Source: Parasitella parasitica NRRL 2501 (Eukaryota; Fungi; Mucoromycota). From it: a stretch of 64,000 nt of DNA. The stretch spans positions 86,124 to 150,123 of the forward strand of contig MU619310.1 of the NCBI GenBank assembly GCA_025201805.1. The letters are read 5' to 3'. This document shows, piece by piece, positions 36,245 through 49,533 of this stretch. A program made the translations under genes and the position numbers. Position 1 is the first letter of the stretch; each line of letters starts with the position of its first letter. The notes beneath the pieces are model-generated. The model made no database searches, was not told where the DNA came from, and saw nothing but the letters and a program-made list of their open reading frames with translations.

Positions 36245-39200
36245 TTACAAGCTCGTTACCCAACGAGTGCCTTCTCTACGCTGCTCCACTTGAATCGGCG
36301 GCAATGGCCAGCTCTTTGGGCCAAAACTAGGCACAACATAGACCAGTTTGCGGTCCTTTTTATCCGAGGTGTATTTTGGTAATGGGAAATCCAAGGGTCT
36401 ACCAAACGAGCAGAGGTCTTTGCCAATCTTTGCTATCCACTTGGGCTCCACTGCAGTCACTCCCTTGAGCCAGGTCTTTCCTCCTTTGTACAATTCACTG
36501 TAAATCAGCATGGCAGGAGGCTCTTGGCCGTAGAGAACAGAACTCGGGTGGATAAAGGCTTCCTCGTCGCTCCACAGCAGCTTGTAAACAACATTTCTCG
36601 AGTTTTTGTAGCGGATGCCCTTACCGCCGCCAGTGTCTAGTACATCTTGACGGATGGCTACCGAGTCTATAAAGCCAGCAGAGAGCACTTGTCGCAGCAC
36701 TTTGAGCTGAACGTTGTTGGGAGGCTTCATTTTGGGATCTACGCAGACGTCGATCTCGGGAAAGTTGCTGGACACCAGGTTGGTGAGCTGGCGTCTTAGT
36801 TTGCGGATTTCCTCCATGGCTTTTGGCCGTAAAAAGTTGTCGTTGCAAAAGGAAGCAGTTGCACCAGCAAATTCATAAGCCCCGACTACATTCAGTAGTT
36901 TTAAAATGTCGCTGGAAGGGTCTAATCCAGCATGCTTCATTCGAGAAGAATAGTAATTTTTTCTGACAAGCTTTCGTCTTTCCTTTTCAGCAACCGATTC
37001 ACTGGTAATGTTGTGTAATTCACGACGACCTAAATCGTCCTCGTCGCTGTCTTCCGGCTGGTTTTCATCCAAATGATAATCCTGAATGAAGGGATCACCA
37101 ACTGAGAGAGCAGAAACAATGGCAATGACAAAGGGCAAGCAGTCGTGCTGTTGCCCAATAATGAGCATCTTTGCAAATCGAGGTGTGATGGGGAATAGCG
37201 ACATTGTTTGTCCGAATTCGGTAATGTGTTTTGTCGTTGTGTTGATTGCTCCAAGATAGCCCAAAAGCTTCTCTGCCTTGAACAAGTTCTCTCTTGGCGG
37301 CGGTGTAGGAAAAGGAAAGTTGACGACATTGTCAATGTTCATTGCCTTCATGCTCAAGACTACGCCTTCAATGGGCATACGGTGGATTTCAGGCGTAGAA
37401 AACTTGTCGAATTCGTTGTCAAAGACAGCAGAGGAGAATAGTCTGTAACAATGGCCAGGACCAGTTCTACCAGCACGGCCTGCACGCTGTCCAGCAGATG
37501 CCTGCGATGTCCAGTCAATCTCGAACGACTGCACTCCCGTCTCTACATCGTATTTGCGTTCTTTGGATTTACCGCAATCGACCACATAGCGAACGCCAGG
37601 GATTGTCACGGATGTTTCTGCAACATTTGTCGCAATGACACAGAGACGTGTTCCCTCGGGTGGAGGCTCAAACACACGAAGCTGCGCTTCAGTTGGCAGC
37701 ATAGAGTACAACGGAAGCACATGTAATGGCGCTATTGGGCGTGCTGTTAGAGTTTTTATCGGCATTGCATATAGTTTGCGGCTTACCATCCTTTACATCT
37801 TCAAGCTCCTCGTCTTCAAACCCTTCGCCTATATCATCACCATCGTCGTCGTCGTCATCCTCATCAGATTCCAAGTCGAAATCTTCGTCTATCTGGTTAT
37901 CACCCAGCTCCAACGCTTCATCCTCTATATCAGCTATTCAAGATGAAATGTTAGCACTATGCAGTGCTGACAGCTGCACTCAACATACCTTTCCCAGCTG
38001 GCTCGCTTACTTTTTTCGATTCAATTTCAATAGCACGTTCTTCCTTGTTCATCTCTTTCTCTGTCGCTTTGGGAGGCAACGCAGGGTATCTTTTACGCAA
38101 TTGCTTGCACAGCTGATTGATCTCATTTTGGCCTGTCAGAAACACAAGGATGCCGCCAGTAGGTAGGCGCTCGTGTATCTTGGTGATCTTTTTATAGGCT
38201 TCGCCCACATGGTCTAGTGGCGTTTTCTTGTTAAAGTGGATAGCAACTGGGTATTGTCTGGCATTGACGTTGATAACAGGGGGAACGACGGGAAACAGGG
38301 TCTTGTTCTCTGTAAAATCCGATACACGCAGGGTGGCAGACATGATAACAACACGCAGTGGCTTGATTGTCTCTCTGTCTTCTCGGCTCAATTCGGCCCT
38401 TAGCTTGAGCACACGGCTTACAACACCAATTAGGATATCTGTGTTTAGATTGCGTTCATGCGCTTCGTCGATAATGATGGTAGAATACTTTGTCAGTAGC
38501 AAGTCTTGCGACATCTCGCGTAAAAGCACACCGTCCGTCATGAACTTGATCCGCGTCTTTTCAGAGACAGTGGCATCGTAACGGATCTGATACGACACCT
38601 CCTTGTCTGTCAAGTTGAGCTCTTGTGCCACACGTTTAGCCATGCTTACTGTGGCTACACGGCGAGGCTGTGTTACACCGATCAAGCCAGGATTGTCAGA
38701 GTCAGGGTGCGACCAGCCTGCTTCGTACAAAAATTGAGGAACCTGCGTAGTCTTACCAGAGCCTGTCTCACCGCAGATAATGACAACCGTGTTGTTACGG
38801 ATGGCTTCCATGATGGTCTGCTCTTCGCCACACACTGGCAATTTAAGGCGCGCTGCCTGGATCTCGGGTGTGCGGTTGACGGAAACATAAAACGGCTTTG
38901 CGACGTCTTGGGCTAAATCACCTTCACGATTACTCTTTAAAAGCTGCATTTTGATATCGTCAAATTCCTCTTCTTGTCGTGGAGCAACGTCGCCTACAAT
39001 ATGTTTTGCTGCTTCTGTCACAGCTTCGATCTGCGTGGGCCCTTTGTTTGTCACTGTGTCTAAAAGATCCGCCACCTTTGCGTGCTGTCTATGCTGCTGC
39101 TCTTGATCTGAGTCGTCGTCGTTTTCTGAATCAGAACTGTCAAAAGAGGAATCAGAGTCCATTCCTTTTCTTTGCTTGTATCTCTTTTTAGCGATGCTGG

Positions 39201-40077
39201 GGATAGTGGATTGCTTCTTCTTTCTCTTGCGCATCACAGGCGGTAGTCCGCCACCTGCTGCTAATGCGCTGCCCACAACTGGCTGCTCTTTGGGTGCTTC
39301 AGCTGCATAGACGATTTCTGGCATAGGAGGTAGCTCATCACTATCCTTTTCAACAAGCAGTGGCACAGTCTCATCGCTCATAGCAACCCCGGCCTTTTGC
39401 TCCAACATGGCTTGTCGCAGCTGCTCACGCAATGTTTGTCCAGATCGACCTATCAATTTGGATGACTTTAACAAATCTGACGACCATGAAGCGGTTCTAT
39501 GCAAACAAGTTGTGAGTTACATGTGTCTAATTGCGAAAGGGGGTCATACTTGCGAGAGCTTTTCGATCAAGCCTGCTCTAGCATCCTTCTTCAATTTTTG
39601 TTCCTGTACAAGATGGTTTTGAGACGCTGCGTGCAAAAATATGCAAAGGTGGTACTCACAATGTATTTCTCCATCTTTTTCCTCTTCTTTTTTGACATGT
39701 ACTTTTCGGGCTACTCGATAGAAAACTTTAGAATACTGTGGTACAACGGTAGAATGTCAAAGTGTTTACCTCTTTGAAAGACTCTGTGGGCTTGGGATTA
39801 GCGGGTTGGTTTGGATCCAATTTGTTGGAATCACCGGGCACAATCATCAGCTCATTTGAATTGCTACTGCATGATGGGATGAGTATTTTTTTTTTTTTTT
39901 CCATGTTGTTATGACATACCTTTCATTGCGCTCTAGCGGTTGACATGTTGTTGGGTTTGATGAATCATACGTGTGCTGTCCCAAACCTCCGTCTCTAGCC
40001 TTTGGATGAGGTCTTTGATTAGGCTTTCGAGAAGACGCCCTAGCCTTTTCGTTAAAACGAGGTCTTGACTTGCCCAT
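36245..40077 (-). CDS. DHR1: DEAH-box RNA helicase Dhr1/Ecm16 (DHX37), SSU processome, multi-exon
   Basis: N-terminal MGKSRPRFNEKAR, GETGSGKTTQVPQFLYEAG, DEAHER, MSATL, TNVAETSVTIPG, QRAGRAGRTGPGHCYRL and an acidic insert. Confidence 0.93.
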
Positions 40078-40207
40078 TCTTTTGCAAGTTTTATCAGAAA
40101 GAAAAGTGTGTCGGTCGAAAACAATCGCAAAAATCATGTAAATGCTTACATTCATGTGACATTTTTTACTCTTTGAGGGCTTTTTTTTTTGCGCCTATTC
40201 CACGCCA

Positions 40208-40298
40208 NNNNNNNNNNNNNNNNNNNNNNNNNNNNNNNNNNNNNNNNNNNNNNNNNNNNNNNNNNNNNNNNNNNNNNNNNNNNNNNNNNNNNNNNNNN
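40208..40298. other. Assembly gap (91 N)
   Basis: Run of N. Confidence 1.
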
Positions 40299-40312
40299 TT
40301 TCCAACGACATT

Positions 40313-41428
40313 ATGTCTGCAAAGGACAGGAAACAAGATTTATTCGGTCTTGAGAACGATAGTGAAGAGGAAAATATCGCTGTGGAGCAAGAAGAAGAGC
40401 AAGAGGACAGTCGCTTCTCTGCTTCTCGTTTGCAAATGCACTCCTTTGACAGCGATGACAGTGATGATGGCAGTGACGATGGCAGTGACGATGGCAGTGA
40501 CGATGGCAGTGACGATGGCAGTGATGATGGCAGTGACGATGGCAGCGATCAAGATCAAAAAGACGAGCAGAAAAAAGACGCAAAATCTGACGAGAAACAA
40601 GACATGAAAGCTGATCAGAAGCAAGACGAGAAGGAATCAAAAAATACTATACCTGATTATCTGTCTTCCTCTTCCGAGAACGATTTGGAAGACGAAGAGG
40701 GATTCGATGCTGCGGGCAAAAAGATGCAAAAATCCAAAAAGCTCAGAAAATTATCACCCAAAGAACTTGAAGAATTTGAAAGGGCTAGAAACAGAGCTGG
40801 AGTTTGTTATCTATCTCGCATTCCGCCGTTTATGAGACCCAAAAAGGTGCGATCTCTGCTGGCCAAGCATGCTGAAATTGGGCGTATCTTTCTTGTTCCT
40901 GAGGATCCCAAGACGACAGCCCGCCGTAAAAAGTATACAAAAAGCAAGGGGACCTGTTTTGTAGAAGGATGGGTTGAATTCAAAGACAAGAAACGAGCAA
41001 GAGCACTAGCCGAGTATCTGAACACAAGGCAAATGGGTGGAAAACGAACAAATCCTTACTATGATGAATTGTGGAGCATTAAATACTTGCCAAGGTTCAA
41101 GTGGCACAATTTAGCAGAACACTTGGTTCATGAAAGACAGGCTCGCAAACAGCGTCTTCGTGCTGAAATTGCACAAGCGACCCGCGAAAACAAAAACTAT
41201 ATTCAAAATGTGGAGCGTTCTAAAATGTTGCAAAATATGGAACAAAAGAAGCGCAAACGCCAATCTGCAGCTGAGGGACAACAGCAGCCTCAGAAAATAC
41301 AGCGAACATTTGCACAGAGATCCAAAGTCAATCGTCAAGTCGACCCGTCAAAATCAGGCAGACAGGCATTTGAAAAGATGGATTCAGACGTCAAGAATAT
41401 CATCGGCAACATATTTTCCAAGAAATAA
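40313..41428 (+). CDS. ESF2: Pre-rRNA processing factor Esf2/ABT1
   Basis: GVCYLSRIPPFMRP, EGWVEFKDKKRAR, WSIKYLPRFKWHNL, RLRAEIAQATREN and an acidic N-terminus. Confidence 0.93.
   Translation: MSAKDRKQDLFGLENDSEEENIAVEQEEEQEDSRFSASRLQMHSFDSDDSDDGSDDGSDDGSDDGSDDGSDDGSDDGSDQDQKDEQKKDAKSDEKQDMKADQKQDEKESKNTIPDYLSSSSENDLEDEEGFDAAGKKMQKSKKLRKLSPKELEEFERARNRAGVCYLSRIPPFMRPKKVRSLLAKHAEIGRIFLVPEDPKTTARRKKYTKSKGTCFVEGWVEFKDKKRARALAEYLNTRQMGGKRTNPYYDELWSIKYLPRFKWHNLAEHLVHERQARKQRLRAEIAQATRENKNYIQNVERSKMLQNMEQKKRKRQSAAEGQQQPQKIQRTFAQRSKVNRQVDPSKSGRQAFEKMDSDVKNIIGNIFSKK
40457..40548 (+). repeat. 12-bp coding microsatellite (GATGGCAGTGAC), about 7 copies, encoding (DDGS)n
   Basis: Directly visible within ESF2. 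Confidence 0.92.
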
Positions 41429-41553
41429 CACATATAATTACCGCTCTCTCTTTCGTTTCTTTTCTTTTCTTTTTTTTTTTTATATATATACATATATATA
41501 TATATATAATATATACATACAATATATACATTCATCGCATCCACACATCAGCC

Positions 41554-42835
41554 ATGTTGGCAAGGTTGGTCAAGCAAAATAATGCACTAATAAAGCAATC
41601 CTTTATACACACAAACACTCGCCAACTGCCTCCTCGAATCGCCTACATGAAGCCAATAGTCTTTGGCGCTGTTTCTTGCACCACAATCTTTTTTACGGCC
41701 GCTTGCATCCATGAAAGGGAAAAGGAAACTCTGTGGCAGAAATTAAGAAAGCAAGCAGGCAACACTTTACGCGATATTATTACAGATGACAGCCTTCTGT
41801 GGTCAGACGTATACGAGGAGAAGAAAAAGCTGTTTAGAGAGTACCAGAATCAATTATTGCAGGACTTGCAACATCGATTAGAACGCTACAATGCTCTTCC
41901 TGTGCAACTTAAAAAATCGCTGCTGGCAACGGCAGAAACCGTTTTTTATATGCCCGAATCAGAAAAAACCCTCAGCGCATTAACGTCGATCCATGTCGCC
42001 GTATTTATCTGCTGGAGAATCCCTGCTTTACAAAAATACATGATGAAATATTTTGTGCACAGCCCAGCAAGTGGACGTCAAATGACACTGCTGACGAGCT
42101 GCTTCTCTCAGCGGACTTTGGTTCATTTAACTGTCAACATGGTAGGATTATGGTCTCTTGGCCCTGTGTTGCATGACATTTTGGGCAGGGAGCAATTTGT
42201 GGCATTGTACTTGTCGTTGGGTGTCGGAGCCAATGTACTGTCGCATCAACTGCAGCTGCTTCAAAGACATGCAAGGCCAATGATGCCGAGTATGGGCACA
42301 AGCGGCGCACTTTATGGTCTATTGACGAGTACAGCCTACCTGTATCCTGATTCGATAGCATTCATTGTCTGTCTACCTTGGATGCCGTTTAAAATCAGGT
42401 ATGTGTGTACAATCTCTCAAGGTCGGCGTCTCTAAAATTACAATTTAGCTACGCAGTCCCAGCCCTTTTAGCTGTTGATGTTGCAGGAATTTTGATGCGC
42501 TGGCGCATGTTTGATCATTTTGTATGGTTTTTTATTCTAAACGTTAAAGAAAAACGCAAAAGCATGACTAACTCTGTGAACATACTCATACACAATAGGC
42601 TCATGTCGGTGGTGCTGCTTTGGGCATTGCTTACATGCAGTTTGGACCTAATTACATGTGGCCGCATATGCTAAAGACAGTTCGCGATATGAAGAATTCT
42701 GTAGGAAAAGGAGGGGGCAGTAGTAGTAGTAGTAGTAATGGAGGAGACAAAACATCCAGTGCATTGATGGAAATGCCTGAAAAAATTCGTGCAAGGTTAT
42801 TAGGCAAGAAAGCTGCCGTCCCTGAAAAACAATAA
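41554..42835 (+). CDS. Mitochondrial rhomboid protease (Pcp1/PARL-like). Exons 41554-42398, 42449-42521, 42599-42835.
   Basis: Basic presequence-like N-terminus, HLTVNM, catalytic GTSG and FDHFAHVGG after splicing. Confidence 0.88.
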
Positions 42836-42979
42836 CAGCATTCGTTGTAGTAGTGTACTGCACAGCAATAAAGTCTTTTTATCAAGCTATTATCTTTTTA
42901 CAGCTGGCGGCTATGGTATTCAAAGCAGTAGCTATGGGCGGGTAAATACCTTGGATTCTCTAGATAGTGTAGATATTTC

Positions 42980-43789
42980 AGAGGGGTTCCTCCATTGCCG
43001 CATTATCTTGCCCTGTCTCTTGCTATAGTGTTTCGTTTTGTGATGTTGCATCTTCCGATAGAGATATTTCTGACCCATGTTCATTATTCTCATCTTTTTC
43101 TGCTGCTGATACATCGTCAATTGATCGTTTTCATCCATGATTTTGTACAGAAATATGCAATATATTATTATCTTTGCTAATAGCATCTTCCTTTGGGTTA
43201 CTCGAATTCTATCAGACACCAGTATCCACATGCATTAAAGATAACATCTCGTATGACCAAGATAAGCAGCTCCTTCCACTCTATTGCGGAACGCAATCGT
43301 CTCTTGCCCAAGCGCTTTCGCTGTAAACCAGGGCTTGTATATATCCATGAGTTGACGAGACTCTTTAATTCCTGCCATTTTTCCTGGACTTGGCCATATC
43401 TAGCAGTAAACTGACGTATGACCACGTAGCCATCTGGAAGAATCTGCTGACCATCTTCCCCGTTTTGTGGGTTTTTGGTTTCTGTGACATTTGGCCTGCT
43501 GCTGCTGTTTCTATCGAAGACTCTATTTACTTCTCCATCATCTAGCTCGTATTTTCACTTGCTCAACTACCTCCTTGGCTAACTCTTTCTGCTGATTCTC
43601 TGCTACCATACAGGGAGAGATGTGTATGTTTTGGTGGTTTTTACCTATTAATTTCTTTTGCGTTTTCAAAGTACTTGTGTCTGTTATAGGCCCTGCTGAT
43701 GGTAATGGGCCGTCATCTGCCTGGGTCGTTTTCTGTACATTTGGTTTATTGGCATCGCTAGGACTGCCGTCAGATGCATTGAACGTCAT
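42980..43789 (-). pseudogene. Probable pseudogene of an unknown hydrophilic protein
   Basis: Two intron-like GT..AG segments, one frameshift near 43550 and in-frame stops in the last exon (HG*KRS, ETL*QE). Confidence 0.45.
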
Positions 43790-45337
43790 GTTTTATTTCG
43801 TGTCAATTAATCTTTTTTTGCAAAGAGGCTGGATGATAAAGCTGCGCTACAATAAGACTGTGTCAGTGATGGAGCTTTGAGGAAACTGTTTGTTTCAGGA
43901 AAGAGCCGAGAAAAGTTGATAATGAATAAAGACATTGATTCATTGAGCGTTAGTATAGTGCTAAAACCCTTCCTTTCTCAAGCATACTTACGCAGAATAA
44001 CCGTCGCGAGCGTTTGATACTCTGATTAATGGAATACTTTGGGATGTTCATTGGGAAACCCTATCATTGCAAAAACCTGAATATTGCGTGCAGAGTTCAC
44101 ATCTCGCTGCCATACACGTCCACAGTTTTTATAGACTAGGATGGAATGCAAGGTAGATGCTTTGCTGCTCCCAAATTTCAGGGTTCCAAGTTCTTTTCTC
44201 CTGCAACCGCTTTATCTTTGTATAACGATCATTGATATATTAGCAGTAGACGATCTTGCTTTTCGGCTTCGTGCAATAGCTTTTTAAAGGTCCTTGCCAA
44301 ACCATGCGGGTGTCTACGAATTGTTTTTCTTCCAAAATTACCGTCGCTTAAGCATACGACAGGAATCACATCTTCTGGGGTTAGCAGAAATTCAAGCTGC
44401 CTTCATCTATTTCTACGGTAATATTAAAACCGTAAACATGCAAGAAGTGAAACTTATTTTTTTTTTTTTTTTACTAATGATTCAATTAATGTATCTGCAG
44501 GTGGTGTTTTTCTTCTTTTTCGCTTCCTGTTGAGCAGTTTAGGGTATTTAACCGTTGAACGTCAAGGTCATGAAATGAGACAATTCTGTTCTATCGACCA
44601 AGTACATCCACAATTTACTGCTTGACCTTGTCAATGCTGATTGTTTTTTTATGGTAAAATTTATAATTCGAATAACATCAATTCCCTGATCCTTTTTAAT
44701 GACATATCCTTGCATTGGTATAGTCCCAACTAGGTTATTTAGTATATTTATTTCGCCACAAAAGTAACCTCAGTAGTTTGACGAGCAAACACCGCTGCTG
44801 ATAAACTCTTCGTTCTAGTATTATTAATGATGATACTTCATTCCATTTCTCTAAAGTCTTATCGACTAAAAGTTCAATAGTTTGACATAATTTTTCATCA
44901 ATGGAGTCGCTGGTTTTGGCCATTTCGAAGCAATCTAGCTTAGGATACTGATAGCTCCTTTAAAAAAAAATTAATCCCTTGATTTTGATATGTTTATACA
45001 AATTTCCGAAACATTTTGAAGAAGACAGCATTGTATATAAAGCATATAGAAGGTATTGAAAATCTCACCAACATGGTTTGCCCCCAACCCTGCTTGTAGC
45101 ACATGTATCAGCAGTTGATGAAAGTATATCAGTAAACCCGTAAAGTAGGCGGTTGGCATGGTAAATTTTTTTTTTTTCTTTTAATGAATCTTTTTGTAGG
45201 TCGAGACATTGTAATAATACCATGTAGAATTATATATAAAATAATATACATAATAACGAAACCGTTTCTCATTTTCTGGAAAAGACAGTTAAAAAAAAAA
45301 AAAAAGGTTTATTCGTATGTTATTATACACGTCTTAT

Positions 45338-47963
45338 TTATTCGTTGGATGAGGAAGATTTATCCGACTTGATGGACAATCTCATTTTCCTTGCTTTTTC
45401 CTTTAAATACTTGGTAAAAGCTAAATAGAAGCGTAAGATTTACAATTTAATAGAGATTGAATTGCTTTCACTTACATCTGCGATAAAAGTTCGGCCTGGT
45501 TGCAGCCATGTACAGTGAATATGATCTTGTTTGTCCATCGTCTAAAGCGATATGCCTCAAAATAGGGTAAGCTGCAGCAGGGTTGATGACTGCATAATTC
45601 ATGTATAGTACACCTGCCCATGGGCTATCGATAGTTGGCGCCACATTTGCTAGTTTTTGATCCCATTCTTGAGATACGAATTCAGGGGTACGTATGTAAT
45701 CTGCCAAGATGGGCGTCATTGGAAGCTGTTGGATGCCATGAATATATTCCAGATATCTTCCGAAATACGTAGTCTATTGCTCAAAAATCAGTAAAATTCG
45801 AGATTGTTGGTCTTGTCGTATATACTTGCATAGTCTGCTTTTTGTTCGAAATAAATGCCAACAACCTTGTTCTTTACCATTTCTTTGGGTCTATTTTTAT
45901 TGTCGTCCAGCATCCAAAAATACTCGTATGTGGTTCTCTTGGTAATGGCTAGTTGAAGGTTGGCCAGATCCTCCATCTCTTTATTTCTGGTAGCAAGACC
46001 CCATAGCTTTGAGCCCCAATAAAAGTTGACAGACTACATGTATGTCTAGCTGTTAGCCTCTATAATGCCAAATGAACAGCATCTCACCTCGGGTACAGAC
46101 TCTTGATCTTTGCCATCCAGTGCTCCATCAACTTTGATACCACCAGCCCAACTGTGGCCTGCAAACCAATCCCAATTTCTGAATTGAGCAAAATAGGTAT
46201 CGTTTTCTACAGGATTATTAACATCACGAATCAGAGTTTCAGTCCAGGCTTTCAGTTCTTGAGTTCTCCACGAGGGGTCCAGATGATGAATAATTGCAGC
46301 TAGGGAGATTGTATATTTAGCCATTACATGATATAACGATAGCTTAATGTCGTTGTTACCTGTTACTATAAAATATCCTTGGTGATAATGATGATCGTTA
46401 TAGTATGAATGACCAAAAGACGCATCCTTGTTCCCAGTACCACCCATAGAAACGGGAAGACCATCACGAGAAACGATGCCTTTATAAACAGTATCATAGC
46501 GAAAGGGATCCTGCTGGCGATTCTCCAAATAGGGCACGAAAGCTCGCTTTAACTTGTCTAAAGCCGTTCGTGCTAATTCAGAATTGCGTAAGCCAGTTAC
46601 ATCTGGCTCGTTCAGAATTAGGGCTGTTAAGGCAACCTTTTGAAGCCCTTTACCAGAAAAGTAATTGTCGCCACGTTGTGTGTGCTCTGTGTAGTTACTT
46701 TCAACATCGGCCGCAAGTTGCTGTAAAATTTCGTTATGAGTAGAGCGTTCTGGCGAAGGTATTTGTGGAAACCATTCTGTACGACTAAGATCCGACTCTT
46801 GGAGTGTCCATTGATCGCCAATAACAGCTTGCATGAGACCTTTGGAGCTGGATTGCAACCTAAGGTTTGTTTTCTTTACAGACTGCGATGCAAAACTCTT
46901 CAAGTGGTGAGGATACGCATAGGTGAGTAATGATTTAGATGTGTCACCTGTCTTGTGCCACTGTATGGTATATTTTGTTCTAAAGATAACATTAGATCAA
47001 GTAGGTAGAAACATGGCATTACTTGCCCGTCTCTACTAGTATCAAGGCTTCCTCCAGTTGGCCAAACACCGTGATAAGCGTCAAGGATAGCCTCATCTTC
47101 TTCGGATGGCAGTTTTGCTATTTGGATCACACCATTGTATTTACTCGAGGCAACTAAATTATTCATATCTCGCTTGGTTAATGTAAGAGTGTCGTTCAAA
47201 GCGTAAATCAAGTAGGTGCTCGTGGGATTGTCATTGAAAGAGACTTTGAATTTCCTTCCCGTGTAAATATCACCTTTGACTTGATCTGCATTCACATTGA
47301 TGATGGCATGTTGTGTAAAAAATTGAGGGGTTAAATGGTGATACTCTGCAGTAATAAAAGATTGGCCCCTGACCAGAGGAAAATTGACATGCCCATCTCC
47401 ACCACTTAAACGCAAATTAGCACTAAAAAGGCCCCAGTTGGTCACTAATGGTTCCGGTGTCTTTGTCCATTCCTGAGCAGTAATACGCAAGTCTACGACG
47501 ACACCATTGATAATATAGCCAGCAGGAGAAGCAGGAATGTTGTTCATAGCTGGATAAGATCCAATCACCTGGTATTTGTCAGTGGATATTTAAATAAACT
47601 CAGGATGATGTTACAATATACCTTGTCATGAGGTTGAGAGATCGATAAGCCTGGGTTGCCACCAAAATCATCCAATAGTCTCAAGATGTAGGGATCGGGT
47701 GTAGTAGGCGCTAGATTATTGACACTTGGATAGAATAGATTACTGATCCAAGACGATGTAGGTACGACTGATTTAAAGTTAGGGTCTGCATAAATTGGAG
47801 GAAATGGGTGTTCTATAGTTGGAAATGCAGGTGGTGGTGCTGGACTTGAAGCGTCGACTGGATAGAGCAAATGCTTTGACTTTCTCATGGCGTCTACGAA
47901 ATTATAACTATTTCCACACAACAAGATACTTGCCGTAAGCACAATGCTCACCGAAAGCTTCAT
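45338..47963 (-). CDS. Secreted GH81 endo-1,3-beta-glucanase, multi-exon
   Basis: Signal peptide, [39 protein letters not shown], catalytic [17 protein letters not shown] and [11 protein letters not shown]. Confidence 0.93.
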
Positions 47964-48182
47964 TATTTTTGTGTTTTATCAAAGAAGAAAAAAACAAAGA
48001 GGAAAATATGCATCTAACAGGCATATTATATGCATTGCCGTATTTCAAGTTTGACTAAATAGAAAACGAAGGGATCTAGACAGCAGTTCAGTTACATACA
48101 TATTTGAGCATTTTAATTGAAACCTCATTTCGTGAAGAATATGTGTATATCAAGTATTTACAATTGTAATCTATATATATAA

Positions 48183-49533
48183 TTAGCCTTCCAGAGTGTC
48201 CTTTAATGAGACATTCGCCGATCCACGTTTTTTTGGTAATGGTGTGTTTTCTGAAGGTTTCCATCCAATCTGATTATACAATGTCAGTATATAGTATAAA
48301 TGCGCAACAGGGTACATACAAGGTAGATGACAGAAAATGTAGCAGGAATCGACCCATCAGGGTTGCCGTGTAATTCTATTGAAGAGCCATTTTCATAAGC
48401 AGATGTACATTGCTAATTCTATAGTCGAGATTTACCTTTGTAGATCGATGCTGCTGCTAAAAGTGTGTCTCTTTTCAAAAATGGTCGTCTGCGCACATAC
48501 ATATAATAAACATTTGATATTTGAATAAATAAACAAATCAAACGAACCTCGTTAATACAGCATTGCTCTCCCCCATTGCTCGGAGATCCTGCATCAACTC
48601 AAATGCACTTGGATAATTGACTTGAACCTCATCTACATCTACAGTGGTTAATGTAAAGCCTGCACGAGTCAAAATGCGAGACATGTCACTTGAATCTAGA
48701 CGGGGCATTCATTAGTTTGCACTTGATCGCTTGGAAAGAAAAACGACATACCAGCCATGGGCGATATGCGTGGTGAAATGCCACTCTCTCTTTCTACTTC
48801 AGCTAGCTGTAATGAAGTTCTCAATTCAAATAGTGTGTCGCCACCAAACATGGCACCAATAAAAACCCCATCAGGCTTCAATGAGTTCTTGATTTGAATC
48901 AGCGTTCCAGGCAAATCATTGACCCAATTCAGTGATAAAGAGCTCACAACCGCATCTAATGAATTTTCTGCAAATGGCAAATTCTCTTCATCTACCACTC
49001 GTCTCTCAACATGAACTAGTAAAATGCGTTGAGCTTTTTTTTTTTTTTTTTGTGTGTGTGTGAAACTATGCATCTCATACCATCATACGGTACTTCGACA
49101 TCACGGTTCAGTGATTTCTCTATCCAGAATTTTAATATCTCGTAGAAACAAGGCTCCTGTTCATTTTACCCGAAATGTCACACATGATTAGTTTTTTCAT
49201 CATCTCTTTTGTGGCATGCTTGACAACATGTCCACATCCTGAACCCAAGTCCACTACTGTATCGAAATCTCGATTGATGTCCTACTCTTGAAAACCTTAA
49301 TATTTGTGCTCAAAGCGAAAGATATCTTCATTTACCAATAATCTATCGGCTACACGAGCTGCTATTTCGTCTTTCAGATAGTCTACCGTACGACTCTCTT
49401 CTACGTTCATGGCAGCACGATCTTTTTGTAGCCTTTTTGCGTCACGATTAAACACATGGAAAGCCTGCGGTGTAGTAGCATAATAGCGCTGCGTATTCAC
49501 TCGAATGGATTGCTGAATAATGGTCTTAAACAT
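48183..49533 (-). CDS. NDUFAF5: Mitochondrial complex I assembly SAM-dependent methyltransferase-fold protein NDUFAF5, multi-exon
   Basis: [66 protein letters not shown] and IGWKP...KRGSA. Confidence 0.92.

Noticed and set aside
40311-40640. His/Cys-rich antisense ORF (HCHR repeats) resembling a metallothionein
   Set aside because: It is the shadow of the (DDGS)n repeat in ESF2.
44000-45200. Short ORFs, possibly a decayed gene
   Set aside because: No consistent exon chain or motif could be built.
24923-47963. Cell-wall gene cluster (GPI13, GH18, GH81)
   Set aside because: The genes are separated by unrelated housekeeping genes, with no evidence of clustering beyond chance.
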